Shown: positions 13,060 to 25,849, counted from the stretch's first letter. The stretch is DNA of 64,000 nt from Dicyema japonicum (GCA_011109175.1 RDEW01000003.1:1037071-1101070), one strand, 5' to 3'. The notes: a model not told the origin generated them from the sequence alone. Translations and numbers: made by a program.

Positions 13060-13250
13060 ACCCAGTGTTATCTCTCACGGTGACAACAAGATCAACGCCA
13101 CTGTGTTTCACGGACTTCCGAGTGTGGCTAGACGTCCCAGCCTTTTGATGGGTGACAGGCTCCCTGCTTATCTCTTCAGTTGTCCTGGCAGCAATCATAC
13201 AGAACGTGAACCAGACTAGGAGCTCTTGGTATTGCTTTTGAAAGTCTTCT
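13060..13250 (-). mobile_element. Degenerate CRE-clade 3' end
   Basis: DLVVTVRDNTGSMI; similar at nucleotide level to 17405-17500 and 53125-53200. Confidence 0.45.
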
Positions 13251-13389
13251 TAGTCATTTCTGCGTCGGGGAGTCCTTTATCTCGCTTATTTTGTTAGCTG
13301 CATATTAGATTTTCCGTGGTCTTAAATATATGGAATCAAAGACGGTGAAAATTTGATTTTTGTCATTATTATTTATCCTCGAGTTATCA

Positions 13390-13830
13390 CGGTTTGCGTG
13401 AGAACCCGATGGAACAAAGGAAGTTAGCAACTTGTAACGGATTTTCCCATAGGTCCCCCAGAGCGGAGGGTCTAGAAGACCCTTTACAGACGAGTAAATG
13501 TTCCATTTGTCTCTTCGGCGGATTGCATAATTGACAAGTTGGGCCTTTTTAGACCAGATTTTATACGAATGTGAGCAGAGATTCTGGTGATGTCTACTTC
13601 TTGCAAGATCAACTCGTACTCCTCGCGAGAGTGTTGATTCGGAGTCACTTATTTCGGAGGAAACTCGTTAAGTAGTTTGTTCACTCCGAGTGCCTTGATC
13701 AATCTGATCGTAATTTTTTCTTGGATAAGATCCATCATTTGTTTATTGGAGGATATCTTCGATGTACCACGATATTTTTTTTGAACGTAGCCGAATAGCT
13801 TTTTTATGAACCTAGTATTATGTAATAGTT
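13390..13830 (-). mobile_element. Jockey/I-group LINE 3' end
   Basis: RGVRVDLAR..HHQNLCSHSYKI...EETMEHLLVC...LWENP..VANFL, the C-terminal zinc-knuckle region. Confidence 0.7.
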
Positions 13831-14069
13831 AATACTTAAGCATTAATTCGCTTTTTTAATTTTTTAAATTATTTGAAATTGGCGAAAATTATCTATATCA
13901 TGTGATTTCAAAAAACATATTCGTGGTAATTTATCACTAATTACTAAAACCTCAAAAATAATGGGTAATTTAAATTTCTGACCAATAAATTTATTTACTC
14001 GAAAACAGAATCAAATGGAAATAAGAAGATTAATTTATCGTCCGAAATTAAACCCGATTAGTAATGATC

Positions 14070-14430
14070 CCCAACTTCCTAAATGTAGTCAAATTCTTAA
14101 ATTACCTAATGGTCGCCAATTTCCTACATGTTATCCAAACCCTCAACTTAACCAATCCTACATGCAGTCAAACCCTAACTTACCTAATGGTCGCCAACTT
14201 CCTACATGTATCCAAACCCTTAACTTACTAATGATTGCCAACTTAACTTACTAATCCAAGATGTACTCAAACCCTAACTTACCTAATGGTAGCCAACTTC
14301 CTACATGTAGTCCAAACCCTTAACTTACCTAATGATTGCCAACTTACCTACTTAATCCAAGATGTACTCAAACCTTAACTTACCTAATGGTAGCCAACTT
14401 CCTACATGTTGTCCATACTTAACTTAGCCA
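14070..14430. repeat. Minisatellite of about 8 monomers (about 35-55 bp), alternating A/B types
   Basis: Monomer core cctacatgtagtccaaacccttaacttacctaatggtagccaactt; later monomers alternate (ccaagatgtactc vs cctacatgtagtcc) giving an ~100-bp dimer. Confidence 0.9.
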
Positions 14431-14796
14431 TGATTTAACCTCGTTTTTGGAGGCAACAATTTTTATTAGGTGATCCTTTTTTGTAAATACAACTTGATGA
14501 AAACATATCTTTGAAAATACTGCTGAAGTAAAATTTGTCATCAATTCAATCTGGAAACATTTTAAAATTGCACGCTCTAGCATAGACTTCTTGAAATTTC
14601 ATCAAAGAGCACACATACGCTCAATGCACAGTTTAAGTTAATTACACTCAAAACAGGTTTGTATGACAAACCATAATATGATTGATTAGTTATTCTGACA
14701 ACATGACATATTTAAATTATAAGCTATCGAATATTATAATTCGTATTAAGCTTTAAGGATAGAATCATGACTAGAGCAACTAAGATAATAATTGCT

Positions 14797-15075
14797 GTAC
14801 TTTCACGAGAGCCTAGTACTTATAGCTCAGCATGCGCGAGACGGACACTTTATTTAAAGTAAAGAACACTTATGCTAACTAATCGTTGAAAGGGGTCAAT
14901 ACATGTTCTTAACTTATTTTTCGGTTGCATGTGAGTCCTTGTAGATAATCCGGTTTCGTTGTGATGTAGCACTGATGCGGCGTCATTCATCAAGCCAGGA
15001 AGCATTGTAGATGCGTGGAACCTTCAGTTACAGTGGACAGCTGCAAGATTTGAACCATGAAGCATACCAACTTTA
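14797..15075 (-). mobile_element. SINE-like family G copy
   Basis: ctttcacgagagcc...gtagatgcgtggaac shared core. Confidence 0.75.
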
Positions 15076-15119
15076 TCCACCATTCGACATAATAAATAGG
15101 AAAGCTTTAAGAATAGTAG

Positions 15120-15310
15120 CATTCTATGTATTGGTTTTATATTCATGACCAGCAGAAATGACATTATTAAGGAAGAATTGTTAATTAACAATCCTAATTA
15201 AGCAATGAAGAGTTTCTTTGTTGACGTGAACCGAAATCCACATTCAGGATGACTGTGGAAGCGGGAATGAAAATCTATGCTATGGAAATTGCATTAGTCC
15301 ACCTTTTTTT
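15120..15310 (+). pseudogene. Remnant of a second, diverged SLC34 paralog
   Basis: 15250-15310 encodes TVEAGMKIYAMEIALVHL versus TVEGKTKMYAMEIALVHL at 12383-12440, with many third-position differences; 15121-15200 weakly resembles the first TM segment. Confidence 0.65.
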
Positions 15311-15574
15311 ATCAGCAAGCCCTTGGGACACTGATTTTAAAGTATTCAATTATTAAATTTTTATTTAATTTTTAAAAACAGAATTCACCCAAAAATTACT
15401 TTGTGGCTTCACTTAATAGTCCCAATTTTAATTAAAGTGCTCTCACTTAAGAAAAGTCTCAAGATTATAACTGTTACTATAATTATAGACATGATTGTCC
15501 GACAAGTGCTATACATCAAGTGTTTTAGCTATTAAAGATTTCAATGGTGATGGTCGATGACCAGCTAGCCAAGT

Positions 15575-15800
15575 AGTTAGTTTGTCGGACGGATGAGGTC
15601 GTGACCTTTTTGAGAAATGTCATGTCCTCGAGATGAATGTGACCTCTCGTTTCAATTTTCTTTGTGAATGGACATAATGAAGAATTCAGGCGGCATTGAA
15701 TGCACGAGGTTTTAAAAAAAGAAGCGTCTGATCACTATTCTCTGGGTTCGAGCCCCATTCGGCTCAAAACTTGAAATAAGTTATACAAGTCCACTTGAGG
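15575..15800 (+). ncRNA. tRNA-mimic repeat family F copy
   Basis: 5' agccaagtagttagtttgtcggac and 3' gggttcgagccccattcggctc can form an acceptor-like stem. Confidence 0.55.
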
Positions 15801-16074
15801 GGGAAGTAATTAACACGTTCTTAATAATAATAAATGGGGGATTGTCATAAATAGTCATAATTGATGACTAATGTAATTATCATTAAGCTGACACGTTGAG
15901 AGGGTTATGCCTTATGAAAATCAAAAAATCTTTAAAAACCTATCAATTTTGTATGGAAATCTGATTATTGGTAAGAAGGATGCTATAACTCTGAAACACC
16001 TGAGCTTCCGTCGTGGAAGGACGCGTTCATTTACAGGTTATTAACAATATATTACCACATATTTTTTAAGGTCA

Positions 16075-16300
16075 GAGTCGGGTGGTTTATTGATCGAAAG
16101 TTGAGGTAATGACGTATCTCTGGTGCACTATGACATAGCTCTTATATAATCAAGGTTTTCATCTCTCCAAGGTGGTTACAGTCTCTTTTTTTTTTAATGG
16201 ACTCAGGAGACAACGAAATTCCGAAAATTTGAACATCAGATGTACCAATATCTGTGTTCGAATCTCGTATAGCAAAAATTAGAGGAACCTGGGGAAGCCC
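16075..16300 (+). ncRNA. tRNA-mimic repeat family F copy
   Basis: gagtcgggtggtttattgatcgaaagttgagg...gactcaggagac...gtgttcgaatctcg. Confidence 0.55.
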
Positions 16301-16344
16301 ACCATAAGAAAGAAGGGAATTATTATTTAGTTGTTAATTCTCGA

Positions 16345-16520
16345 ATTTTGGTTAAATGGCTGACATCTCTCTATTAACGTCTTTGTCTCTTTCGTGGTCT
16401 CAATCTGTCTTCTCTACCGTGGGATGGAAGAAACTAGTAGAAAGCCTAGTAGAGGGTACGGCACAAGCGAACCCTGAGAATTCATATGCTTATGGAAAAC
16501 GGAGAAGTGCTTTTAACTCC
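16345..16520 (+). mobile_element. LINE 5'-region fragment (family shared with 24620-25020 and 53480-54050)
   Basis: Reverse complement ccataagcatatgaattctcagggttcgcttgtg matches 24748-24785. Confidence 0.55.
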
Positions 16521-17404
16521 TCGACTAACTATTTCTTGAATGTTCTTAATAAAAATACTTTTTATTCTCTTAAACTACTAAGATTTAGCAAGAATTTTAA
16601 GTCCACGTAATTTTTAGTGGAAATAAAAAGGAATTTCAGCAGATGTTGCGACCTTTGTGCCTTCAGGGTGGAGTAAAGGTGATAAAATTCAAAAAATATG
16701 TCGAGATGTACTAAATTGCATTTAGTTTATGCAGAAAGCAAAATTAGAACAACTTAGAGACCCTCGCAACCGAAGATGGTTACTGTAGCATCTGGAGTGG
16801 CCATCGTCCTCGGCAATGATCACCGTCTCTTGGCCGTTGTAGAGTGATTTGTTACTAATGTCTCTTTCTGTTACTATATTACTTAGAATAATGTGTTAAT
16901 CGTACGCAGATTGAAATGATATTAAAATACTTATCTGAGACACGTGACATGATCTACATAAGGGATGCTACATAAAATCTTTAAAACAATTTTTTGCAAA
17001 GATAAAATTAACTTAAGTATTTCCCATAGGAGACGTTTCATTCACGGGAACTATTGGGTTGGACCCTTGCATCTTGGTTCACTCCCTCTTTGTATTTTAA
17101 CTCCCAAAAATTCGTAAATGGAATTTTCGAATAAAGTCAAAACCGCAATTTTTTTAAATTTCTCAAAAATCATTATTTTGGTTGGTGAGGGTATTTAAAG
17201 TAATAATTATTTTCTAAAGGTAAATTTGGCTTCAATATTAAAACAATTTAAGCTTTTAATTGATAACATTAATTGTCATTTATTAGAAAATCGAAATTTT
17301 AAACAATAGATGAAAACTGCGCGTGACAACTATAAATTTGATTTTTCTGGGTTTCTAGTAAATTTAGCTAAATTTAATTTAAATTTTAATTCTAAACACT
17401 AAGA

Positions 17405-17500
17405 ACATCTGTTAGGTTCTATTGATCTCCGCCCGTGTAATTGGCGCTGCATTGCTTCTCACAGTAACAATAGGGATCAACTGGGGGAGACAATTAATTC
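17405..17500 (-). mobile_element. CRE-clade extreme 3' end
   Basis: QLIPIVTVRSNAAPI, a variant of QRISVAIQRGNAASI. Confidence 0.55.
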
Positions 17501-17584
17501 TTGAATCGTTATTTTTGTTCAAATGAGAGCATTGGAATTTAGAAATCAGATCATATTTTAAATTTTGATTTTACTCACTTTTTG

Positions 17585-17750
17585 TAACCACCCAGATTAT
17601 GCATACATCAAACTCTTCCTTTCTTCATACTTAGCGTCTCCATGAGTCCGTCACTTTGTTTATGTTCTCGAGAAGGAAAAGCAGACTTTCATCCATCATG
17701 AAACTTGGTAGAGATTTCATGAAAGACTATATTCACCTCACAGAAGAGAA
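17585..17750 (-). ncRNA. tRNA-mimic family F copy (5'-truncated), inverted relative to 18140-18365
   Basis: Reverse complement catgaaatctctaccaagtttcatgatggatgaaag...gactcatggagacgc matches 18193-18280. Confidence 0.6.
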
Positions 17751-18139
17751 ATGTTGATAAACAGAAAGCAGAATATTCATGAAATGGCGCATACAGTGAC
17801 TTGTATGTTTTGCTTTACAATTTGGAACGACTTTTAGTCGCTTTTTTATTGAGGCTTCTCTGAAAATACTTTGCTTTTCGTATTTAAAAAGAATTAAGGA
17901 ATTAAGATTAAGCTAATTTAAATGAAAAATTAGCTATGATAATAAAAACTGTAGAAATTAAAATCCATAAAAAATCAATTTCTATTTTTTCAAAGCGAAT
18001 TTGCTTTAAAAGTCAATTTACATTCCTAATTGTGCAAAAAAATTATGACGCACGATTAACAAGCTCCAAGATAAATTACCTACGATTAAACTGTCTATTC
18101 TAGGAATAAAAATAGTCACAGTAATTACAGCATAAGCAG

Positions 18140-18365
18140 CTGGCCGAGCGGTTAATTGGCCGGACAGTTGAGGTGGAGACGTTCTTCTTTAACATGAAAT
18201 ATCTACCTAGTTTTGTGTTGGATGAAAGCCCTCTCTTCCTTCTCGTGAGCATGGACAAGATGACAGACTCAGGAGACGCCAGAAACCCAAAGTTCTGAAC
18301 AGATAAAACGTTGGATGTACGTATGATCGGGGTTTGGATCTCGTCCAGCCCAAAATGAAAAAAAA
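18140..18365 (+). ncRNA. tRNA-mimic repeat family F copy
   Basis: tggccgagcggttaattggccggacagttgagg...cggggtttggatctcgtccagccca. Confidence 0.55.
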
Positions 18366-19423
18366 CTTGGTGGATCACTTGTTAAAAGTTGCACATTTAT
18401 GACAGTTAATGTGATTCAAATAATAATGAATATAGATAAAATCGATTTTAGTTGAGTTTTGAAACTGCCTGAATTGAAAATCAATTTAACGTATTTTCAG
18501 ATTTTCAGTGTAAAAAAACAAAATGTAATTTTCATTTTTAACGCTTCTTTTAGCATAAATTTTCAAATTTGGCGAATTTAATCTAACGCAATCTAAATTC
18601 AGTCAATATCAAAATGACTAAATAGGAAACAGTATAATTATAGGCTACTAATCTGGCTTGACATGAAACAGAAATTAAGCATACTTTTGCCTGATCTCGA
18701 TGTTATCTTGAGTCATTAATGGATATCTGGGTTTTGATTGTTTTGATTTAATTTACTAAGTAATCGATAAATATCTTGACATCTCAAACATAATTTGGTT
18801 GTTAGATAAACTCGAATATTATTCTAGTGCCATTAGTAACCTTGAATCATTTCAATGAATAATATAGTGGATTTACTGTAATGCTTTTTGTGGTTAATTA
18901 GTTTGGAATTCTAAACCACAGGAGTATCAAAATAAGGTAGATAAATATTATTTTAATTAAATAAGAGGAACCAAGCACATTAAAATCATTACGCTACGTG
19001 CATATAATCATAAAATATCGATTTTACGGCAAAAGACGCTACTTTTAAATACTGATAAATTCTTTAAAATAATTACAGGCTCACTTTACATGTTGGTTTC
19101 TACCATTTTTAACATTTCAGTTTATTAATTCTGCTTGTTATCAGCCCACGTGTGGTTTACTTTGCGTATACAATTTTTGAGCGTTATAGTGAATAATTCT
19201 GATGTAAATAATGCTATCAAATTACTGGATTAACTTGTGCAATATACATTGTGGCTAGAATATGCTTATTTTTTGCCTTTATTCTATTTTACCTTGGCTT
19301 TATATTTCGCTGATTTGCCTGCATATAGTACATTGATAAATAGGTCGAATAGAAACATTAAATCCCTTTATTTTATGATTTGCGATCATTTAATGTTTTA
19401 ACTTTATACATAGTTTTGTCGTC

Positions 19424-22400
19424 ATGATGAACAATCGGGATTTCTCGGATAATTTGCATAATTCAATAAAGCATCATTCCCCGTCAAGTGAGCTTTAGTG
19501 AAATTAACTCATAATTTAGACAGCAGATGTATCAAACTGAATGGGGATAATTTGTGTGAACAAGCAAGGTCACTAGAAACGAAAGCAAACCAATATAAAA
19601 TAGCATCAAATAATTATGAAGAAAATTTTAAAAAATCTGTTTATGAAAATAAAGATTCGACGAATAATTATATAAACTTTAATGTTTATAATTCATTTCA
19701 AACGTTACCATACGACAGAGAAATCAATCAATTGCCTATTGATAATGCGGAATGCTTGAATAAGCCACCGTTTCCTAAAAGAGCGAGATTCAGCATTTTG
19801 AATTTAATCAACGACGCTGACCAAAATGACAAAAGATCATTAAGAAACATTGTGGGAAATCATATTCAGAATTTTGTACAGAATAATTCCCTGTCTCCTT
19901 ATATATCGTGAGACTTGACAGATCGCAAATCGACCATATTATGTCAAATGTTACTCCTTACGTAAGCCCATTGTCTCAAAAATGCTTCCAAACTAAGAAA
20001 ATAGCTAAACAACAAAGTTTTATGAAATTTCTTATAAAATTTAGCAAATCCTGACGATATTGATTATTCTCCAGAGAATTTTCCTCATGTTTCACATGCA
20101 CAGTCATTTGAGTTGGAAGATCTACAAATTTATGAGTTTCTGCTTGAAGATGACGTCGTCTGGTTCATAAAAATACTTGAAATGGAATATCCTCGAGCCA
20201 AAGTCCAGTTTTTAGGGACAGATTTCACATTTTATGTAAATATCGATTCATCAAAAATTCACGTGCTTTATTTTGGCTATTTCAACAAACTTAAGTACTT
20301 TTTTCCATTCCAGGGTTGAATAATTCTAACTCCTGTAAATAGGGAAAACGGAAGATAAGGCTGACATTTATAAGGACGTCGAACAATCTTTATCGACAGG
20401 GTGTTGTTTTGATGAAAACTTCCTTGGAAATGTATTTCTTTGATTTATTAAGAAAAATGTTTTTACTTGGAGTTCGCCTGGTCTCATTGGGAGATATCTT
20501 GAAGTTAAGCACGTGCACAAGAATGAAGTCTATGTTTGGTTTGCTCAAATTAAACAAAATATTGGAGGATACTTAAAATTAAAGTGGCTATGTCCACCAA
20601 ACTATAATACTAATGTGGCAGAATTTTGGCTTTTCTGTACCTCCCCGCAGATTTATCCAATTGGATTCGATATCGGATATCTCAATAGGACATCTTACGG
20701 ACTTCCAAATATGGGGGGTTGGATTGTGCTCATTTTGTATTTAGAAATGTTGGAAGACATTGCCTTACATATGATCGATAACTTACTTATGATGACATTC
20801 AAAATCAATTTTTATTACAGCGTAGTGCCGTTTTTTTGTTCAAGGTGATTTTTCTCGGCATTTTTAGAATCGATTCGAAATACCAAATCATAGATTGAAG
20901 GTTGGAGTGGCCGTAGAAGTGTTGGATCTGAAAACAAGAGAGCACTTATTTCCGGGGAAAGTAGAAAAAATAGTCGATGATAATCTTGTGACTGTGAAGT
21001 TACTTGAACCGGTCACTTACAAAATTGACGCATTCTACTCCCTATTTGATGGAATCTTTCCCACAAAATTCACTCACGGTCACAAAATCCCGTTGATGAT
21101 GAATGATGGTATTTCTTGAAATTACGTTCAGGAACTAAAACGATCTTTAAATGGAATAAAAGTTGCGAAATTTCAAAGGGGCTGATTCATGCACCGAAAA
21201 CATTTCTACGAAATGTACTTTACAATGCTTATTTAATTAGGTCAAGAGAAGGGCTGCTTTTAGTAGTGGAAGGAAGTTGGAGGTGGTTGACCCCAGAAAT
21301 CCTAGCCAAATATGCCCAGCCACCATTATAAAAGTTGCTGATCATACAATCTTTGTACGACTGAACCACATATTCGGGCCAATGTTGATATATCACACAA
21401 ATTCTTTTTACATTTTTCCATCAGGATGGGCTCAGTCTCACGGGATTCAGCTTTCCACGGACAACGTGGAGATTCTTACAAGGTTTAATCCGATTAGCTA
21501 AAATGATAGGGAATTATCTAAAACTGATTATCAAATTTTAGGAAATGCCTTTTTATGCAATATGTTGAATTGTTACAGCAAAATAACCAAAATTGAAGAC
21601 TGCTGGTGTCCCCCCATTTATATTAACCCCGGCTGTTTTCTGGGAAACTTTCTTTTGAAAACTAAAATTTTGAAAATTTACAAAATGATTGGTCCCGGAC
21701 CTCTGCCTTTAATGATTAATTCCTCTACGAAAACTTATTGGATGCTTCTAATAATTACAAGAAAGTTCTCGAGATTTTCTCAGATATCGGTTACTTCTCT
21801 CCTTCTTTGAAGATTTCTGTGACAACGTACGACTCATTCTAATTCCTAGCAAATACAATGAAAAATATTTTTTTCAAATTTGTCATTCGCAGCATCAGCT
21901 TGTGGAATTCCTACAAAGATGTTGTATCAAGCTGAATGCCTGTCCCAATTTTATAACTTTGAATAAGCACAGCGGGGATTCAAATTGCTCATTCTGTATT
22001 TTTTCGAATTTGAATTATTTAAGGTCACAGACCGCCGCATACTACTTTTTTGAAAAAACCAGAAAGTATAAAAAGTACATTCTACCTTGGAGAACGGAAG
22101 AAATTTCTTGCAGTTCTGAGAGTGAAAAATTTGCCAACTCGGAGGATAAAATGCCAGTTTCTGAAGTCTCGAGGACTCCAGTGAAGAACGAGACAACGCC
22201 TGTCTCTACATTTCGTGAAATCAAAAATCCCCATAAATGGTCGTGCAGTGAACTTTGTGAGTATATGGATTCAAAGGAAAACAGTTTTTTGTCAATATAC
22301 TTAAAAGTCAGTATTATGCAACATTTTAGTAATTTAGGGAATTGACGGAGCGTCCTTCCTTTTACTGAACGAATCAATTTCAGAAATTATTTACTTTTAA

Positions 22401-22474
22401 ATGAAAACACATCCTCGTTGTTAATGCGGGAGATACATAGCCTAAGAAAAGAGTACGAATGTGAAAAGACTTAG
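19424..22474 (+). CDS. SFMBT: Scm-like with four MBT domains (4xMBT-SLED-SAM Polycomb protein); 5' end uncertain
   Basis: Four MBT repeats (FPHV...WFIKILE; WFAQIKQNIGGYLKL; VGVAVEVLD; EVVDPRNPSQICPATI...IFPSGWA), SLED (CPPIYINPGCFLG...GPGP; CIKLNACPN) and SAM (NPHKWSCSELCEY...GIDGASFLLL). The core from about 20050 is secure; joining the 19424-19911 exon is inference. Confidence 0.85.
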
Positions 22475-22574
22475 AATTTGTAGTTTATGACTGTTCATAT
22501 ACAATTTTCTTAATTTTACACACAAATAAACAATTAAAAAAATCTTTTTAGTCATTTTTTAAATAGCGACCAGT

Positions 22575-22770
22575 AAGCCAGGTGCCTGGTTGGTCGAAAG
22601 TTTGAGGTGGTGACGTCCTCGATTGCACGGAGTGTCTACTTTCCTTTATGATGGATAATACCCATGTCACTTCTCCTGATGAACATGGACTAGGTGAGGG
22701 ACTTAGGAACGTCAAAAACCTTTAATTCTGAGAAAAGAAAAAGTGTCTGAAGTTCTGAGCAAGTTAAATG
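22575..22770 (+). ncRNA. tRNA-mimic family F copy (3'-degenerate)
   Basis: gccaggtgcctggttggtcgaaagtttgaggtggtgacgt...gaacatggac...ggacttagg. Confidence 0.55.
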
Positions 22771-23729
22771 AATACTGGGGGACTATCTTGTAGATATTTT
22801 GAACTTAAACGATCACCTGTAAATTTACATGGAATTTTAAAAACGTTAAAATTTGTGATTTATCAAATGAGTTTGTCTCAAGTTGAGAGAATTTTTGCCA
22901 AAAACTTTAGTGAGAAAGTGAAGATAAGTAAGTTACTGCAAAAATGTTATGCGCTTTTTATTTACCCCCAATTATTTCAAATGCAGGAAACTGAGAATTA
23001 ACAAAAATGAGACAACCAAAAGCAGATGCTCCTTGAGATCAGTCAATGTATCTGACGTGGGGCAGAAATCAAAACGTACCAGGACAAGAGATTTGGCTTT
23101 TGGCTTATCTTGCGATTTTTAGAAAGCAGAACAGATCTATCATCCAAACCCTAAATATTTGTTAGTTTCGTAATAACTATTTACTGATGTGGAAAATAAG
23201 TTGAATAGTAATTATCCAATTTGGTAATAAATCTAATCTTTCGTAATAAATCTACTAAAACACGTAATCGATATCCAAGCCTATATAATCAATATTTTCA
23301 TCAACAAGTTTTTAAGATTTGAATTCAATACGAGAATGATTAGAGTTCAAGGTAGAATGAAAGTCGATTACATGAATTGATAAGATAATAAACGGAAAAA
23401 GAGAGCAAATGGCGGCCGCCCTATTAACTAGAGATAAAGTACTAATGGCCTATTAATATTTGAGAGGACGCGAAATGGATTGAAGCTTAATTTTTATAAT
23501 TTAATTAGTCGTCAACTGTTTTTTTAATGACAATATTTGATTCAAAGTTAATAAAGTCAGTAAGGGGAAGAAACCCCAAAATCCCCGTTCACGTTCCGTA
23601 AAATTTCTGTTGATACAACTAAAGGGATAAACAAAAAATCTTTGTTTTTTTCATGCAAAAAGTTTGGAATAAACAAAAAAACCTTCAGCTTCTCTGAGAC
23701 GTCAGGTACTCTAAGTTCTTTCAGGTTCA

Positions 23730-23935
23730 GGCCTTAATGTATTAAACCAGGATCCTTCGTACATTCTTTTTTGAGACTACTAGGTTTCTAATGTATCCTT
23801 AGTCCACCACGTCCATGGTCACGAGAAGACGGAATACAGGGGCTTTCATCGATTATGAAGCAAAGTAGTGTTCAATGTAATAAAGGTACGTCATCACTTA
23901 ATCTTCGACCAATAAGCTATTTGGCAAACAGCTTT
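23730..23935 (-). ncRNA. tRNA-mimic family F copy
   Basis: Reverse complement gccaaatagcttattggtcgaagattaagtgatgacgt...gatgaaagcccc...cttctcgtgaccatggac. Confidence 0.55.
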
Positions 23936-24039
23936 AATTTAATAAATGCTCTGTTGTCTAATAAATATTTGATTAGCTAGTTGGAAGTGGTTCGTTCAGC
24001 GCCTTGGAATGATTTTTATTTAGTTAAATAAAAAGGTTG

Positions 24040-24230
24040 TGGAAATTAAAAAGGGAGCTTGAATGGCCATGCTGTTTCTCTGAAAATAGCTATCGAGATA
24101 CGTTCTCGAAGCCATCCAGTCTCACGTGTGACCCTTTGGATCATTGAGCCGATCCGACCGACTGGATCGTCACTTGTGGACCAATTGCCATCGTGTTTTT
24201 GACAGATAAAAGCCTGATTTGCTTCCATTA
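24040..24230 (-). mobile_element. CRE-clade 3' end
   Basis: IGSMIQRVTRETGWLRERISIAIF(RG)N. Confidence 0.7.
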
Positions 24231-24619
24231 TTTTTAATATCGCTTAGTAGTTCTAAAATCCCCAAAAATGCACTCATGGTATTTTTCTCTAATTTTTGAT
24301 TATTAAATCGTATTAATGACTAATTGATTTTTAATCGATAATTTAATTGATTTTCGAGTTTTCTCATCAATTTAATTACCAGGCTGTAAACTCTATTGTG
24401 TTCCCAAGAATAAAAGGAACAATACCTTGGAAGATTTAATGCCTAAAATTGGAGAGGAATATCTACGTCCTTTTTGGAATGAGAAGGATATTACTTTTGG
24501 GTTGACCATCAAGACATCTCTGAAGGAAATACGTGTGGAGTACTAGGTGGTCTGTGGATATACTTCAGTGGAAGATATTTTGATTAGTTATTTAATTCTT
24601 TGATTAAATCGACTTCTCT

Positions 24620-25020
24620 TTGCTTTCCATGCCATCAGCACACAACGGTTAAAGTGGGGTATCTCTGAGTGACCTGTCTATTTGACCCACTTCCTAATTG
24701 TACTCCAGACGTTGCGAGTTAATTAGTCAAGTGCAATCCCAAGATACCCATAAGCATATGAATACTTAGGGTTCTGTTTGTGCAACGCTATTCACTTTCC
24801 GGTCTACCAGTTTTCTCATTGTAACTTTCCTCATCGCACGTCTCCGCAGTTCATTGAGGAATCCATGGATAAGGTCTTCTGTTTAGTGTTTGAAACGAGT
24901 CCTCTGACATTGAAAGTTGCAATTGTAAACGGGGTAGAATAGACTGAGAGTATGATAAAGACATAGACATTATTAGGGAGGTGTCAACCACTCAACCAGA
25001 CGTTAGCGAAGGGGGGTTAA
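24620..25020 (-). mobile_element. LINE 5' region with start of AP-endonuclease
   Basis: FTIATFNVRGLVSNTKQ APE N-terminal motif; homologous to 53555-53800. Confidence 0.65.
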
Positions 25021-25109
25021 AAATTTAAATTATCTTCATTGTACTCAGGTTTGCTCAATGTCGCCCAAAAAATTCAATTTTAATCAAATCAATTCGCTGG
25101 GCACACACA

Positions 25110-25200
25110 GAAGCCATGGCTCCTACATTTATCTCTGTTGCTATCGTGAGAGGTAATGCCGCATATTATGTAGGCGGGGATCAATAGTCGGAATCAATAA
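25110..25200 (+). mobile_element. CRE-clade extreme 3' end
   Basis: FISVAIVRGNAAY. Confidence 0.6.
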
Positions 25201-25849
25201 ATGCTATGTTTTTGATGACTTGAATTGGGTTTATCAAATTGTTATCACGTCAATTAATCTGGCATATTTAAACAATATGATTAAGTCATTGAGTCATACA
25301 AATTAGTTAATCTCTATGACTGTTTTATAGGGCTTTCTTGTTATTTTTCAGTGGAATAAAGGGAAGCGTCTAATATGATATTTTAAATGAAGGACACTTT
25401 CTCAGGCTCTTTCTTATAAGAAGGTCGGTCACCAATGTAACTTAAATATCTGTGAATACACAGGCAGACCTCGGTCCCAACACAATAAAATTTGTTGCAA
25501 TAGTCTGGATATCTAGGCCCTAGTACTGGTGTCTTTCAGTAGCACGTAGGGATACTCTAGAGCGCAGCAAAGGCTTACAGACATATTCGCCTCTCCGCCG
25601 AATTCGAATTAAAAATGTCACCTAAGCAGGGATCACCAAACTATGGCCCAAGCATAATTTTTCTGGCTCGCCAAGTATTATGTTAAAAAATTTAATAACT
25701 AAAATTTAATTATTTTCGCTTTTTGATTTTGATTTTCATATAACTTTAATTTCATTATGAAAACCACATTCGCACGTCCTACCACGGACATCACTTAATT
25801 CTTTAGCGGAAGAGTTTTCATAATGAATAATCTTTACCAGTGTATTTGT

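Noticed and set aside
14070-14430. CRISPR-like array
   Set aside because: No unique spacers, monomers vary along their whole length, eukaryotic context, no cas genes.
18100-18378. Minus-strand 92-aa ORF as a gene
   Set aside because: It is the antisense of a family F repeat copy.
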